Positions 22,234-37,830 of a DNA stretch of 64,000 nt are shown here, piece by piece (position 1 is the first letter of the stretch; each line of letters starts with the position of its first letter). The notes beneath the pieces are model-generated. The model was not told the origin of the DNA and searched no databases. It was given only the letters and a program-made list of their open reading frames with translations. A program made the position numbers and the translations under genes. The stretch comes from Macrostomum lignano (Eukaryota), in NCBI GenBank assembly GCA_002269645.1, contig NIVC01000412.1, positions 931,296 to 995,295 of the forward strand. Direction: 5' to 3'.

Positions 22234-22955
22234 CGGGATTGTAGCCTAGTGGAGGGGGTTGTAGTTTAGTGGTGGGGTTTTTTGCCTAGTGGAGGGGGTT
22301 GTAGCCTAGTGGAGGGGGTTGTAGCCTAGTGGAGGGGGTTGTAGTTTAGTGGTGGGGTTTTTTGCCTAGTGGAGGGGGTTGTAGCCTAGTGGATAGGGTT
22401 GTAGTTTAGTGGTGGGGTTTTTAGCCTAGTAGAGGGGGTTGTAGTTTAGTGGTGGGGTTTTTAGCCTAGTAGAGGGGGTTGTAGTTTAGTGGTGGGGTTT
22501 TTAGCCTAGTGGAGGGGGTTGTAGCCTAGTGGAGGTGGTTGTAGCCTAGTGGTGGGGGTTGTAGCCTAGTGGAGGGGGTTGTAGCCTAGTGGAGGGGGTC
22601 GTAGCCTAGTGGAGGGGGTTGTAGCCTAGTGGAGGTGGTTGTAGCCTAGTGTGGGGGTTGTAGCCTAGTGGAGGGGTTGTAGCCTAGTGGAGGGGTCGTA
22701 GCCTAGTGGAGGGGGTTGTAGCCTAGTGCGAAGGGTTGTAGCCTAGTGGAGGGGGTTGTAGTTTAGTGGTGGGGTTTTTAGCCTAGTGAAGGGGGTTGTA
22801 GCCTAGTGGTGGGGGTTTTACTGTTGTAGCCTAGTGGAGGGGGTCGTAGCCTAGTGGAGGGGGTTGTAGCCTAGTGTGGAGGTTGTAGCCTAGTGGAGGG
22901 GGTTGTAGCCTAGTGGAGAGGGTTGTAGCCTAGTGGAGGGGGTTGTAGCCTAGGG
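22234..22955. repeat. 20-bp minisatellite (GGAGGGGGTTGTAGCCTAGT) containing Pol III A-boxes
   Basis: About 36 units; tandem units read TAGCCTAGTGG. Confidence 0.93.
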
Positions 22956-23037
22956 GTTAAAGCTTTGGTTAGAGCTTGCACATCTGATCTACGGGTACAA
23001 TTGGAATCCTGTATTGATCCCTATTTTTGCACTGCAG

Positions 23038-23177
23038 GCCGATGCAGCATTTCTGCACTACGCCGGCACCATGGAGATGGCCGCCCTGTCTGCCTTCATG
23101 CAGGAGGGCACAAGCCAGAGAAATTATCCTCATCCTTATATGGAAAATGCCATAGCTACCTACCTGCAAAATTGCAA
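23038..23177 (+). CDS. TRAPPC8: TRAPPC8 exon 4
   Basis: ADAAFLHYAGTMEMAALSAFMQ...YMENAIATYLQNC; canonical AG/GT, phase-compatible. Confidence 0.9.
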
Positions 23178-23286
23178 GTAAGTCAGCTGTTATCTACTTA
23201 AAACTGCATATACATCACAGACTACTACTGTCAATCTGAAATATTCGGCATTCCAATGTGTTTTCGTCTTCTGCCTTTTTTCTCAG

Positions 23287-23392
23287 AAACCAACTGCTCG
23301 CCACCAGAGGTACTTTTCTTAGCGCTGAGGCTTTGAAAACTAAGAAAATGTACGCTGAGGCCGCCGTGCAGTACATTAAGATGACGACCGAG
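23287..23392 (+). CDS. TRAPPC8: TRAPPC8 exon 5
   Basis: NQLLATRGTFLSAEALKTKKMYAEAAVQYIKMTTE; acceptor TTTCTCAG, donor GAG|GTGAGA. Confidence 0.9.
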
Positions 23393-23410
23393 GTGAGACT
23401 GCGGTAATAG

Positions 23411-23994
<584 letters not shown>

Positions 23995-24028
23995 CACACT
24001 GACACAGAATGCCCCACCGCCACTCCAG

Positions 24029-24463
24029 GACTCGGATCTGCGCAGCGCCCTCCTGCTTGAGCAGGCCGCCCACTGCTACCTGCGCATGCGGGTGCCGCAC
24101 GTGCGCAAGTTCGCATTCCACCTCATCCTGGCTGGTCACCGGTTCTCCAAAGCCGCCCAGCGAGCTCATTCCCTGCGCTGCTATCGGGCCGCTCTGCGCG
24201 TCTACCGGGACCGCGGCTGGACACTGGCCGAGGACCACATCAACCTGGTCCTCACTAAGCATTCGGCCGCCCTACGCGAGTTGGAGTCGGCTAAAGATTC
24301 AGCCTACAGGCTGCTCCGCCACGATAGCCGGCAAAGTCCGGCCCAGCAGTCCACTTTCCTCAGAGATTTTGTGCACGTGTATCGCGAGTTTATTCCAACT
24401 GTGGCCAGTCCGCCTGACTACTGCCTCATTGGCGGGGCCTTGCCTGTGCTGCCTCTGCCGAAG
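24029..24463 (+). CDS. TRAPPC8: TRAPPC8 exon 6
   Basis: DSDLRSALLLEQAAHCY...RKFAFHLILAGHRFSKAAQRAHSLRCY...GWTLAEDHIN, a highly conserved TRAPPC8 TPR-like region; canonical splice sites. Confidence 0.95.
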
Positions 24464-24593
24464 GTGAGCGATGCAACGCCTGTGAGCTGGTGTGTGCCCC
24501 CTATAGGGGTGCAATCTTAGCTCTGTATATCAGGGGGTCGGCAAACTCCGACCTCAACTTCACACTAGTAATCTGGCCTGCTCAGGGTTTGCT

Positions 24594-25200
24594 TCTCTTC
24601 TCAGCTCTCCTCTCTCTAATCTTATCTCCTTTCCTCTTCTCCCTTCTCTCCTCCCCTCTCCCTTCTCTCCTCCCCTCTCCCTTCTCTCCTCCCCTCTGCC
24701 ATCTCTCCTCCCCTCTCCCTTCTCTCCTCCCCTCTCCCTTCTCTCCTCCCCTCTCCCTTCTCTCCTTTCCTCTCCCTTCTCTCCTCCCCTCTCCCTTCTC
24801 TCCTTTCCTCTCCCTTCTCTCCTTTCCTCTCCCTTCTCTCCTTTCCTCTCCCTTCTCTCCTCCCCTCTCCCTTCTCTCCTCCTCTCTCCCTTCTCTCCTC
24901 CTCCCCTCTCCCTTCTCTCCTCCCCTCTCCCTTCTCTCCTCCCCTCTCCCTTCTCCCCTCTCCCTTCTCTCCTTTCTTCTCCCTTCTCTCCTTTCCTCTC
25001 CCTTCTCTCCTTTTCTCTCCCTTCTCTCCTCCCCTCTCCCTTCTCTCCTCCCCTCTCCCTTCTTTCCTCTCCCTTCTCTCCTCCCCTCTCCCTTCTCTCC
25101 TCCCCTCTCCCTGCTCTCCTCTCTTCTCCCTCATCTCATCTTCTCTCCTCTCCCTTCTCTCCTCTCCCTCCTCTCCTCTCCCTTCTCTATCCTCTCCCTT
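24594..25200. repeat. Polypyrimidine (CCTCTCCCTTCTCT-type) repeat, intron 6
   Basis: Almost pure C/T for ~600 bp. Confidence 0.95.
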
Positions 25201-25494
25201 TGGCAGAACACAGCCGGCAGAACACAGTGACAGTCATGCCTAAATAAAAATCTTCGGGTCAAACATGGACCAAATTGATGCTTTTCGGACCAAATTAATG
25301 CTACTGGACCAGCCAATTGCTACCATAGACAAAAGCTGCGTTACATTGGCAAACATATCTTAGATTAAATTCAATGCGTGTAAGCCAAAAATGGGCTGCA
25401 AAAGCTTTATTACATCGAGTACAGTATTTACAATCATTGGATACTTAGTACGAAGAACCAGCAGTACATTTGTTCTCTCCTCACTTTCTCCAAG

Positions 25495-25928
25495 GTGTTA
25501 GAGCAGGAGCTCAAACTGTTGTTGAGTCGGCCATCCAGCCAGCTGGATGATCTGAGCATCCCGGCTAGAGGCGTGCACTTCCAGGACGCCGACCTGTGCC
25601 ACCCGGAGTGGTCCGGCCTCGAGCGCGCCCTGCTCGAAGCGGCCACTGGCCGCTCAGCGCCGCCATCGTTTCGGCCAAGCCTGCCATGTCTGTCGCGGAA
25701 CACGCCGAACGAGAATTGCCCAGTGGCTGTTGCTGGCGAGCCGCTGACCTATCAGATACCGCTGCGCAACCCGGCCCAGATACCCCTCATCCTGCGCGAC
25801 GTCTGCCTGCTGTGGAGTCTGCGCAGGACTAACGGTGGCGGCGGCGAGACCCCGGCCGATGCAAACGCTGCGGCTGCGGTTGGGCTGGTTACTAACGAGA
25901 TTGAGGCCAGCCAGATGCACTTTGCCAG
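25495..25928 (+). CDS. TRAPPC8: TRAPPC8 exon 7
   Basis: ...[33 protein letters not shown]... (Ig-like domain start); acceptor TTTCTCCAAG, donor AG|GTGAGC. Confidence 0.88.
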
Positions 25929-25945
25929 GTGAGCGGCTGCTGGGT

Positions 25946-26059
25946 AGACAGACAGACAGACAGACAGATAGACACTAAGACAGACAGACTGACTGACAGA
26001 CAGACAGACAGACAGACACACACACACACACACACAGGAAGACAGACAGACAGACACTA

Positions 26060-26110
<51 letters not shown>

Positions 26111-26125
26111 TACACACACACATGA

Positions 26126-26158
<33 letters not shown>

Positions 26159-26411
26159 GGTAGACACACACACACACACACGGGAAGAAAGACAGACAGA
26201 CAGACAGACAGACAGACAGGCAGACAGACAGACAGACAGATAGACAGACAGACAGACAGGTACACACACACACACACACAGGAAGACAGACAGACAGACA
26301 GACAGACCGACAGACAGACAGGCAGGCAGACAGACAGACCGACAGACAGACAGGCAGGCAGACAGACAGACCGACAGACAGACAGGCAGGCAGACAGACA
26401 GACAGGCACTA

Positions 26412-26444
<33 letters not shown>

Positions 26445-26451
26445 GGCAGGC

Positions 26452-26488
<37 letters not shown>

Positions 26489-26523
26489 CTAAGACAGACA
26501 GACAGACAGGCAGGCAGACAGAC
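25946..26523. repeat. (GACA)n array with CACTAA and CA-run variants
   Basis: Direct inspection. Confidence 0.97.
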
Positions 26524-27561
26524 ACTAACCACACCACACAAATACCCCAACAGTCATAAGTAGTACGCTAAGCACAATGTTCAAAGGCTTTGTGTACTGC
26601 ATCCCGACAAAATAAATTTATCACTAAAAAGATGCTTTGCAAGGTACTCACAACAGTAGCTTATGAAAACTGTAAATGAAATGAAACCAAATGAAGCTGT
26701 GCTGTGAGTTGCGGTTAGAAATGCACAAAAAATGTCATGGGAAATTTCCTACTGTTGACATGGTCTGCCTGTTGTTTTTCAAGCTGACATTGCGGTCACC
26801 GATGAATGCTTTTTGTAACCCTAATCCTAAGCCTAACCTTTTTAAGCTCTTGTTTCTGTCTGTTTCTTTTCCCTGTCAAATCCAGCATGTGTAGAGAGGG
26901 CTTTGAATTTGTCTGCAGTTTTAAGCATTTTCATGCGCACTCAGCACCTGCCGGTTGATGATTGGGGTTGGACTTCTGTTTACCTTAATTTTGTCTTTTT
27001 TCTGCGCATGTCTAACAGAAGTGGAGAAATCGTCACGTATTCCTATATGCTAATGCTTCATCCGGCTCGTTTTTTAATTATGCTGTTTTACAGCTTGAGC
27101 TGATCTGCTCTCTCTCTCTCCCATAGAAAGTGCGTCGCCCGTAACAATTCGTTCGCAAATGTACTTTCCTGCGCTATTTTCTGTTACTGAATTTATTAGC
27201 ATTTTGATTGTAGGATATTGTGCGGCTTCTAGCGTTTCTCTGTCTCCCTTGTCTTTTTATCTCCTATCTATCTTCTACTCTCACTCTGCCTCTCCTCTCC
27301 CTCTCTTCTATCCTTTTCCTGTCTCCCTCTCCTCTCTCTACTCTCCTTCTCTCCTCTTCTCTCTCTGTCCCTAGTCCCTCTCTCCTCCCTCTTTTTACAT
27401 TCTCAGTCTCTTCACTCCATCTCCTCATTTTCCTCTCCCTCCTATTTTTGCGTATCTTTCTCTACTCCCATTCTTTTATCTCCCATCTCTCCCAGCTTGT
27501 ATTGATGCTTGCTTATCCCCTATTTCTTCCATCACTATTATTTCTCTTTCCCATCTTTACC

Positions 27562-30165
<2,604 letters not shown>

Positions 30166-30724
30166 ATTTCCACCCCGTCTATTATGTTCCAATCGTGTTT
30201 ACCTATTCCAACAAATTATCAGAAAAATAATATTAACTTGTCCTTTGAAGCACCATCTCGACCTGGATTCAGTTTAGAATAAGAGTTTAAAATATAATTT
30301 AGACTCACGCGTGACCCGCTGCTAGGCAGCCCAGGTGCTGCAGCACATGCGCGGGCACAGGCAGTTATTGAGTAGGAAAGGAGAAGTTAGCAGCTCAACG
30401 AATTTCCCATTGTCACGCATCAGTTTTCAGAATTAATTTTCTCCACAGAGTTCATAAAGAAGACCGACTGTCGCCTCTAACTAATCTTTTACAAGCGGAT
30501 TTGTCATCGGCCTTTCTTTAGAGACACCCCCATCTATCCGACTGTGTAGTGAACTAATCAGATCGGAGACTTTAATCCGTGTGCCTCGTTAATCCTACTT
30601 GTTAGTTGGCAGAACAAGTCTTAGAAACAGCGTTTTTTGTCACTGCATTCTATCTGGCTTTCATCCTTCAACTTCGACTGTCAGACTTAACAAAATTTAT
30701 GATGATACTTACAGAGTATGAATT

Positions 30725-32085
30725 ATCCTTTTTTGCCGATATGTAATGTAATGATTCTTATTGTTTTTCTGCCGATATGTATCGGTTCTTTTCTGCCGAT
30801 ATGTATCGATTCTTGTTCTGCCGATATGTATCGGTTATTTTTCTGCCGATATGTATCGGTTCTTGTTCTGCCGATATGTATCGGTTATTTTTCTGCCGAT
30901 ATGTATCGGTTCTTTTCTGCCGATATGTATCGATTCTTGTTCTGTCGATATGTATCGATTTTTGTTCTGCCGATATTCATCGAATATTTTTCTACCGATA
31001 TGTACCGATTCTTTTTTCCCTATGTGTCAGTTTTTATTCTGCCGATATGTATCGATTCTTATTCTACCGATATGTATCGATTCTTTTTCTTCCGATATGT
31101 ATCGATTCTTTCTCTGCCGATACTCTTTTTCTGCCGATATATATTGATTCCTAATCTACTGATATGTATCGATTCCTTTTTTGCCGATATGTAATGTAAT
31201 GATTTTTATTCTTTTTCTGCCGATATGTATCGATTCTTGTTCTGCCGATGTGTATCGATTCTTTTTCTGCCGATGTGTATCGATTCTTTTTCTGCCGATC
31301 TGTATCGATTCTTTTTCTGCCGATATGTATCGATTCTTGTTCTGCCGATGTGTATCCAATATTTTTCTACCGATATGTAACGATTCTTTTTTTGCCTATG
31401 TGTCAATTCTTATTCTGCCAATATGTATCGATTCTTAAGGGGGGCCGTAGCCCAGCGGTAGCGCAGCTGCTCTGGTGTGCCAGCGACCCAGGCTCGATTC
31501 CAAGTGCAGTCACATTAATTTGGGGCTGAATTGGAATCTCGGCTTGGCTCTGCTCGTGCAATTAACGGCCTTGAGAGCCAACCCCCCAAGGCGCAGTGAA
31601 GTGTACATGCCTAACGATAATATAAAGTTAGGGCCGCTGTACACTCCTGTGTGAGTGTGTGCCTGCGTACGTATCCGCGCGCTTGTGTGCCTGCTCAGGG
31701 GAGTCGGCGTAATGGGCAGTAATGCCTCTCGCCGGTTGTGTGCCTATGTCGCTTAAAGTGCGCCAGGGTGCACACAACCCCCCTGCCTCTAATAAAAATG
31801 TATCGATTCTTATTCTACCGATATGTATCGATTCTTATTCTGCCGAAATGTATCGATTAGTTTTCTATATATATGGATTCGTCTTCTACCGATATGTATC
31901 GATTATCATTGTACTGATATCGATTTTTTTTCTGTCGATATTTTAATTACAAGCGTATTTTATTCTACCGATATTTACAGATTTTAATTCTACCCGTTTG
32001 TATGAATTCGTTTTCTACCGATTTGTATCGGTTATTATTCTATCAACATGCATCGACTTTTTTACCGACATGTGTTGATTCATGA
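30725..32085. repeat. ~25-bp satellite (CCGATATGTATCGATTCTTTTTCTG) interrupted by a SINE
   Basis: Units flank the SINE on both sides. Confidence 0.92.
31437..31797 (+). mobile_element. Young tRNA-derived SINE (family 1)
   Basis: A-box TAGCCCAGCGG, B-box GGCTCGATTCC, A-rich tail TAATAAAA. Flanking ATGTATCGATTCTT may be a TSD but is also part of the host repeat. Confidence 0.88.
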
Positions 32086-32157
32086 TTCCTAATCTACCAA
32101 TTTGTTTATTATTGGTAGATCCTTATTCTCTCAATCCAAATCAAACCCCTTCCCCAG

Positions 32158-32452
32158 AGAGGCCGTCACCACTGAGCAGCTGGCTGAGCTCTCCCTTCTC
32201 CCCGGCGAGAGGAAGTGCGCCGAATTGGCCCTGATCCCTAAACAAGTTGGCCAGCTTCGCGTCACCGGCCTGGCTTTCACTCTCTGTTGTCAAGCGCCAT
32301 TGGAGGCTTCCACCTATGGCGGTAGCGGCAGCAGCAGCAGCCAGGGTGTCCGCGGCAAAGTACCTCTGGAGGTCACCGGGCCGCGGTTGAACCGCCGACG
32401 CGAGGACTGGCAATCGGTAGTGTACGCTCCGGACAGGCGGCTGGAACTGCAG
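32158..32452 (+). CDS. TRAPPC8: TRAPPC8 exon 8
   Basis: ...LALIPKQVGQLRVTGLAF...VRGKVPLEVTGPRLN...YAPDRRLELQ; canonical sites, phase 2 in and phase 0 out. Confidence 0.9.
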
Positions 32453-32495
32453 GTGATTTCCTCTTTGCTCTGTTATCACTCTATTAGTCATTCCT

Positions 32496-33575
32496 GACTC
32501 ACCCTATGAATCATCACTGAATCACAATATGAATCATCACTGAATCACAATATGAATCATCACTGAATCACCCTATGAATCATCACTAAATCACCCTATG
32601 AATCATCACTAAATCGCCCTATGAATCATCACTAAATCACCCTATGAATCATCACTAAATCGCCCTATGAATCATCACTAAATCACTTCATAACTCATCA
32701 CCGAATCACCCGATTAATCATCACTGAATCACCCGATGAATCATCACTGAATCACCCTATGAATCATCACTGAATCACCCTATGAATCATCACTGAATCA
32801 CCCTATGAATCATCACTGAATCACCCTATGAATCATCACTGAATCACCCTATGAATCATCACTAAATCACCGTATAAATCATCGCTGACTCACCTTATGA
32901 ATGATCACTGAATCACCCTATGAATCATCACTGAATCACCCTATGAATCATCACTGAATCACCCTATGAATCATCACTAAATCACCCTATTAATCATCAC
33001 TGAATCACTCTATGAATCATCACTAAATCACCCTATTAATCATCACTAAATCACTCTATGAATCATTGCTAAATCACCCTATGAATCATCACTAAATCAC
33101 CGTATAAATCATCGCTGACTCACCTTATGAATGATCACTGAATCACCCTATGAATCATCACTGAATCACCCTATGAATCATCACTGAATCACCCTATGAA
33201 TCATCACTAAATCACCCTATTAATCATCACTGAATCACTCTATGAATCATTGCTAAATCACCCTATGAATCATCACTGAATCACCCTATGAATCATCACT
33301 AAATCACCCTATGATCATCACTGAATCACCCTATGAATCATCACTGAATCACCCTATGAATCATCACTGAATCACCCTATGAATCATCACTGAATCACCC
33401 TATGAATCATCACTGAATCACCCTATGAATCATCACTGAATCACCCTATGAATCATCACTAAATCACCCTATGAATCATCACTGAATCACCCTATGAATC
33501 ATCACTAAATCACCCTATGAATCATCACTGAATCACCCTATGAATCATCACTAAATCACCCTATGAATCATTCCT
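32496..33575. repeat. 23-bp satellite (ATGAATCATCACTGAATCACCCT), intron 8
   Basis: Direct inspection. Confidence 0.96.
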
Positions 33576-33632
33576 GAATAATTGTAAACTTTGTATAAAT
33601 GTATATCCCAAATTCAACTCAAATCTGCACAG

Positions 33633-34022
33633 GTGGCCCCTCCAATGCCCAGCCTCCAGTTAAGCTTCATCGGTTTCCCAGCCTACCTGCTAGCTGGCCA
33701 GGTGCGCCGCTTGTCTATGAAGGTGACGAACTGCGGCCAGGTGCCCCTGACCGGCCTCCGGTTGGCCTCCAAGCAGCTGGCGAACTTCACCTTCGGATTT
33801 GACGAATTCTCCGACAATCTGCTGGACACCGCAGTGTTCCAGGAGTGCCAGCAGGCAGGCTCTGCTGGCGTAGCTTCGGATTCAATCCGGTTGAGGCCGA
33901 CACCGACTGTTGTGCAGGTGCCAATCAATGTGCCCGGTCAGGTTCCTGGCGTACTGCAGCCCGGCCACTCGGCCACTGTCAGCTGCTGGCTGCGTGCCGC
34001 CTCTGAGCCCGTGACGCAGCAG
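33633..34022 (+). CDS. TRAPPC8: TRAPPC8 exon 9 (probable GC donor)
   Basis: VAPPMPSLQLSFIGFPAYLLAGQVRRLSMKVTNCG...LQPGHSATVSCWLRA. The 3' boundary is set at CAG|GCAGGT to keep frame with exon 10, so it is less certain. Confidence 0.8.
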
Positions 34023-34059
34023 GCAGGTTTTGGAATTATTTTATTGATTAAGATTTTAA

Positions 34060-34700
34060 TAATAATTCCCCATTAGATTGATTAAAAATTATCGATTAGA
34101 GTGTTTATAATAATTCCCCATGGGATTGATTATTAATTCCCCATTAGATTGTCGTCTGTCTAAAATGGCTAAAAAATTCCCCATTGGAATGATAAAAATT
34201 CCCATTAGATTGAATAATATTCCCTATAAGATTTTTTTATAATTCCCCATTAGATTCATGACTAATTCCCCATTAGATATCTGCATAATTCCCCATAACA
34301 TTGATTTATAATCCCCATTAGATTGATAAATAATTCCCCATTCGATTGATGAATAATTCTCCATTAGATTGATAATTAATTCCAATTAGATTGAATAATA
34401 TTTCCTATAAGATTTTGTTATTATTCCCCATTAGATTGACGAATAATTCCCCATTAGATTGCTGCATAATTCCCCATTAGATTGCTGCATAATTCCCCAT
34501 TAGATTGCTGCATAATTCCCCATTAGATTGACGAATAATTCCCCATTAGATTGCTGCATAATTCCCCATTAGATTGCTGCATAATTCCCCATTAGATTGA
34601 TGAATAATTTCCTATTAGATTGATAAATAATTTCCCATTAGACCGAATAATATTCCCTATAATATTTTTTTATAATTCCCCATTAGATTTATACATAATT
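34060..34700. repeat. ~22-23-bp degenerate satellite (TAATTCCCCATTAGATTG core), intron 9
   Basis: Direct inspection. Confidence 0.9.
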
Positions 34701-35204
34701 CCGCATTACAATCAAAAGAGATTTTCAATATCATTTCAACTTATCTGCATCACAAAAATACCCCAAATTATCTCATCTGAAAGCTGGGGGCCCCTGAGGC
34801 ATTGAATTGCCATCGTGAATAAGACTAGCAAAAATGGAGATTGTAAAAAAATAATAAGCGATGGCTGGTTGCCTACAGGGCTTGGGATCTCTGGTTTTGT
34901 TTAACCGTACAAGCAGAATGCAGACTAAGATAAATTCGTTACCCTTATACTCCATTAGGCTGCTTTGTCTGGCTTCAGAGATAGCTAAAAATATTCCTAG
35001 CATATATTTTTTCTTTGCTGTGGCTCCCGATTTTCAAGCTGCTCGAGGCTTTGGGGCATTTTTATGCATGCATGCTATTCGCATAGGATACTCAAGTCTA
35101 GAATGATCATACTCCTGTGCTGTTCTCAAATTGCTCATGTATCTACTTATTGCCTGGTTTTTATTGCCTTTCACTTAGCCCTATCTCCAGCCTACCATTT
35201 TCAC

Positions 35205-35545
35205 CTTCCCTCTCCACCCTCCGTCTCCACCCTCTCCTCCACCCTCTCCTCCACCCTCCCTTTCCACCCTCTCCCTCTCCACCCTTCCTCTCCACAATTC
35301 ATCTCCACCCTCTCCTTCTCCACCCTCTCCTTCTCCACCCTCCCTCTCCACCCTCCGTCTCCACCCTCTCCTCCACCCTCCCTTTCCACCCTCTCCCTCT
35401 CCACCCTTCCTCTCCACACTCCATCTCCACCCTCTCCTTCTCCACCCTCTCCCTCTTTACCCTCTCCCTCTTTACCCTCCCCGTCTTCACCTTTTCCCTC
35501 TCCACCCTCCCCCTTTCACACTCCCCCTCTCCCTCTCCAGCCTCT
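35205..35545. repeat. C-rich CCACCCTCTCC-type repeat
   Basis: Direct inspection. Confidence 0.9.
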
Positions 35546-35669
35546 TCCTTTTCACTCATTCACCCGCTATCTTTATCATCTCGTTTCGATCCTTTTCCTG
35601 AGTACGGCCTAGCTGTGGATAAATATAGATAGATAAGGTGTGTCATATTGAACTTAAAAATATTCGCAG

Positions 35670-35915
35670 ATCGCAATGCTGTTTTACTACGAGAGCACCG
35701 AGCCGCCCGCTGGTGCAGGGCCATCTGGCCAGCAGCTGCACCACCGGGTGCTGCGACATTCCGCCACTCTCGAGGTGCTGCCAGGCCTGGCCTCCAAGTG
35801 CTGCCTACACGCTGCTCACAGTCACGCCCTGCCCGCGTGTCAGCTGCTCAGCCTGACCCTGACTAACACTCGGACGCCGGCCAATCAACCTGGCAACGAA
35901 GTTTTTATTACTCAG
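35670..35915 (+). CDS. TRAPPC8: TRAPPC8 exon 10
   Basis: IAMLFYYEST...HRVLRH...EVFITQ matches TRAPPC8 (FLFYYES...HRILRH...FHIVQ); acceptor TTCGCAG, donor CAG|GTTTGA. Confidence 0.88.
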
Positions 35916-36103
35916 GTTTGACTTTTTCTTCACCCTTTAGTTTACCCATATAAAATAAAATATACTGTAAAACGGCCCTTTCAAGGGCTGAAAATATCAG
36001 GAGCTAGGTCGGTTGGATATACGAGACGCCAAAGGCAATTTCTGTGACAGTATTGGCTGCTAAGGATGGAAAACGCGGTTGCTAGGGAGTAGACAACAAA
36101 GCT

Positions 36104-36850
36104 GCTAGGGTACATATCGGTTGCTAAGGCTATTACGGGTAATCTGAAAGCACTTGCTAGGGTACATATCGGTTGCTAAGGATAGAAAAGATATTCTAAA
36201 AGCACTGTTGCTAGGGTACATATCGGTTGCTAAGGATAGATCGGGTATTCTGAAAGCACTGTTTCTAGGGTACAGATCGGTTACTAAGGATAGAACAAGT
36301 ATTCTAAAAGCACTGTTGCTAGGGTACATATCGGTTGCTAAGCATGGATCGGGTATTCTGAAATCACAGTTGCTAGGGTACATATCAGTTGCTAAGGATA
36401 GATCGGGTATTCTGAAATCACTGTTGCTAGGGTACATATCAGTTGCTAAGGATAGATCGGGTATTCTGAAATCACTGTTGCTAGGGTACATATCAGTTGC
36501 TAAGGATAGATCGGGTATTCTAAAATCACAGTTGCTAGGGTACATATCGGTTGCTAAGGATGGATCGGGTATTCTGAAATCACTGTTGCTAGGGTACATT
36601 CGGTTGCTAAGGATGGATCGGGTATTCTAAAATCACTGTTGCTAGGGTACATTCGGTTGCTAAGGATGGATCGGGTATTCTAAAATCACTGTTGCTAGGG
36701 TACATTCGGTTGCTAAGGATGGATCGGGTATTCTAAAATCACTGTTGCTAGGGTACATTCGGTTGCTAAGGATGGATCGGGTATTCTGAAATCACTGTTG
36801 CTAGGGTACATTCGGTTGCTAAGGATAACATTAAAAAGTCCTCGGTTGCT
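36104..36850. repeat. ~54-bp minisatellite (GCTAGGGTACATATCGGTTGCTAAGGAT...), intron 10
   Basis: Period 54 (for example CTGTTG at 36421 and 36475). Confidence 0.95.
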
Positions 36851-36881
36851 ATGCAGTGTTGTTTCGCAATTCCAAACTCAG

Positions 36882-37463
36882 GTGAGCTGCATCAGCCGGC
36901 GCTACCGTCTGGTTTCAATTGGCGACTCTGGCTGCTCAGCAGCCGGCTGCAGCGTCAGTCTGCAGTCAGGCGAGACCTACAGCCTCTGTCTGGGCCTCGC
37001 CGAAGTCGCCGACGCGGCATCGACAGCAGTGCCATCCGACGATCCCAGCCGACTGCTGTCCCGCGTTCTACTCGGCGCCGACAGCGGCGGCTGTCGCTCT
37101 GCTGTTGTCGAAAGCGGCAGTCCAGTCGCTGATATGCTGGCCTCGGACAGGGACTGCTATTCGGCATCCTTGGCGTCTGATGGCGGCGGCGAGGCTGCTG
37201 TCGACACTCCCGCTCACCTGCTGGTGTTCTGGCAGCTGGCTGGCAGCGGCGCCGCCGGCAGGGACAGGGGCTTCTTCCAGCTGCCGGTCCGCCTGTCAGC
37301 TCTGCCTGCGAGCTCCGCAGCCACTGCTGGCATCGTCGGCGGCATCGACGATGTCGGCGCATCCACCGGTCTGATGTCGCAGCGGATGCCGCTGCCGCCC
37401 GGGGTTGATCAGCTGGTCAGGCAGTGCAAAATGGTCCGCTTGGCCATGCAGTACGAGGCGACC
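36882..37463 (+). CDS. TRAPPC8: TRAPPC8 exon 11
   Basis: VSCISRRYRL...LLVFWQ...GFFQLPVRL; acceptor AACTCAG, donor ACC|GTGAGT; phase 0 at both ends. Confidence 0.82.
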
Positions 37464-37654
37464 GTGAGTTTTTTGTGCTAGTTGTTTGCTTATCAGGAGT
37501 TAGAGTACTCAATTTTAGATCTGGGATGGGATCTTAAAACCTGGGGATCTGTGTTCTGGGATTTCAAATTTCAGCATTTGGAAGTGGAAGTCTGGGCTTT
37601 CATATTCAAAGTTTGGAATCTAGGATTCGTGATTTTGAAATCTGGGAGTAGGTA

Positions 37655-37830
37655 TTTGGAATCTGGAATTGGGGATTTTGAATCTGGAATTGGGGATTTG
37701 GAATCTGGGATTGGGGATTTGGAATGTGGGATTGGGTATTTGGAATCTGGGATTGGTGATTTGGAATCTGGGATTGGGGATTTGGAATCTGGGATTGGGG
37801 ATTTGGAATCTGGTTTAGAGGATTTAGAAC
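37655..37830. repeat. 21-bp repeat (GGATTGGGGATTTGGAATCTG)
   Basis: About 8 units. Confidence 0.88.
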
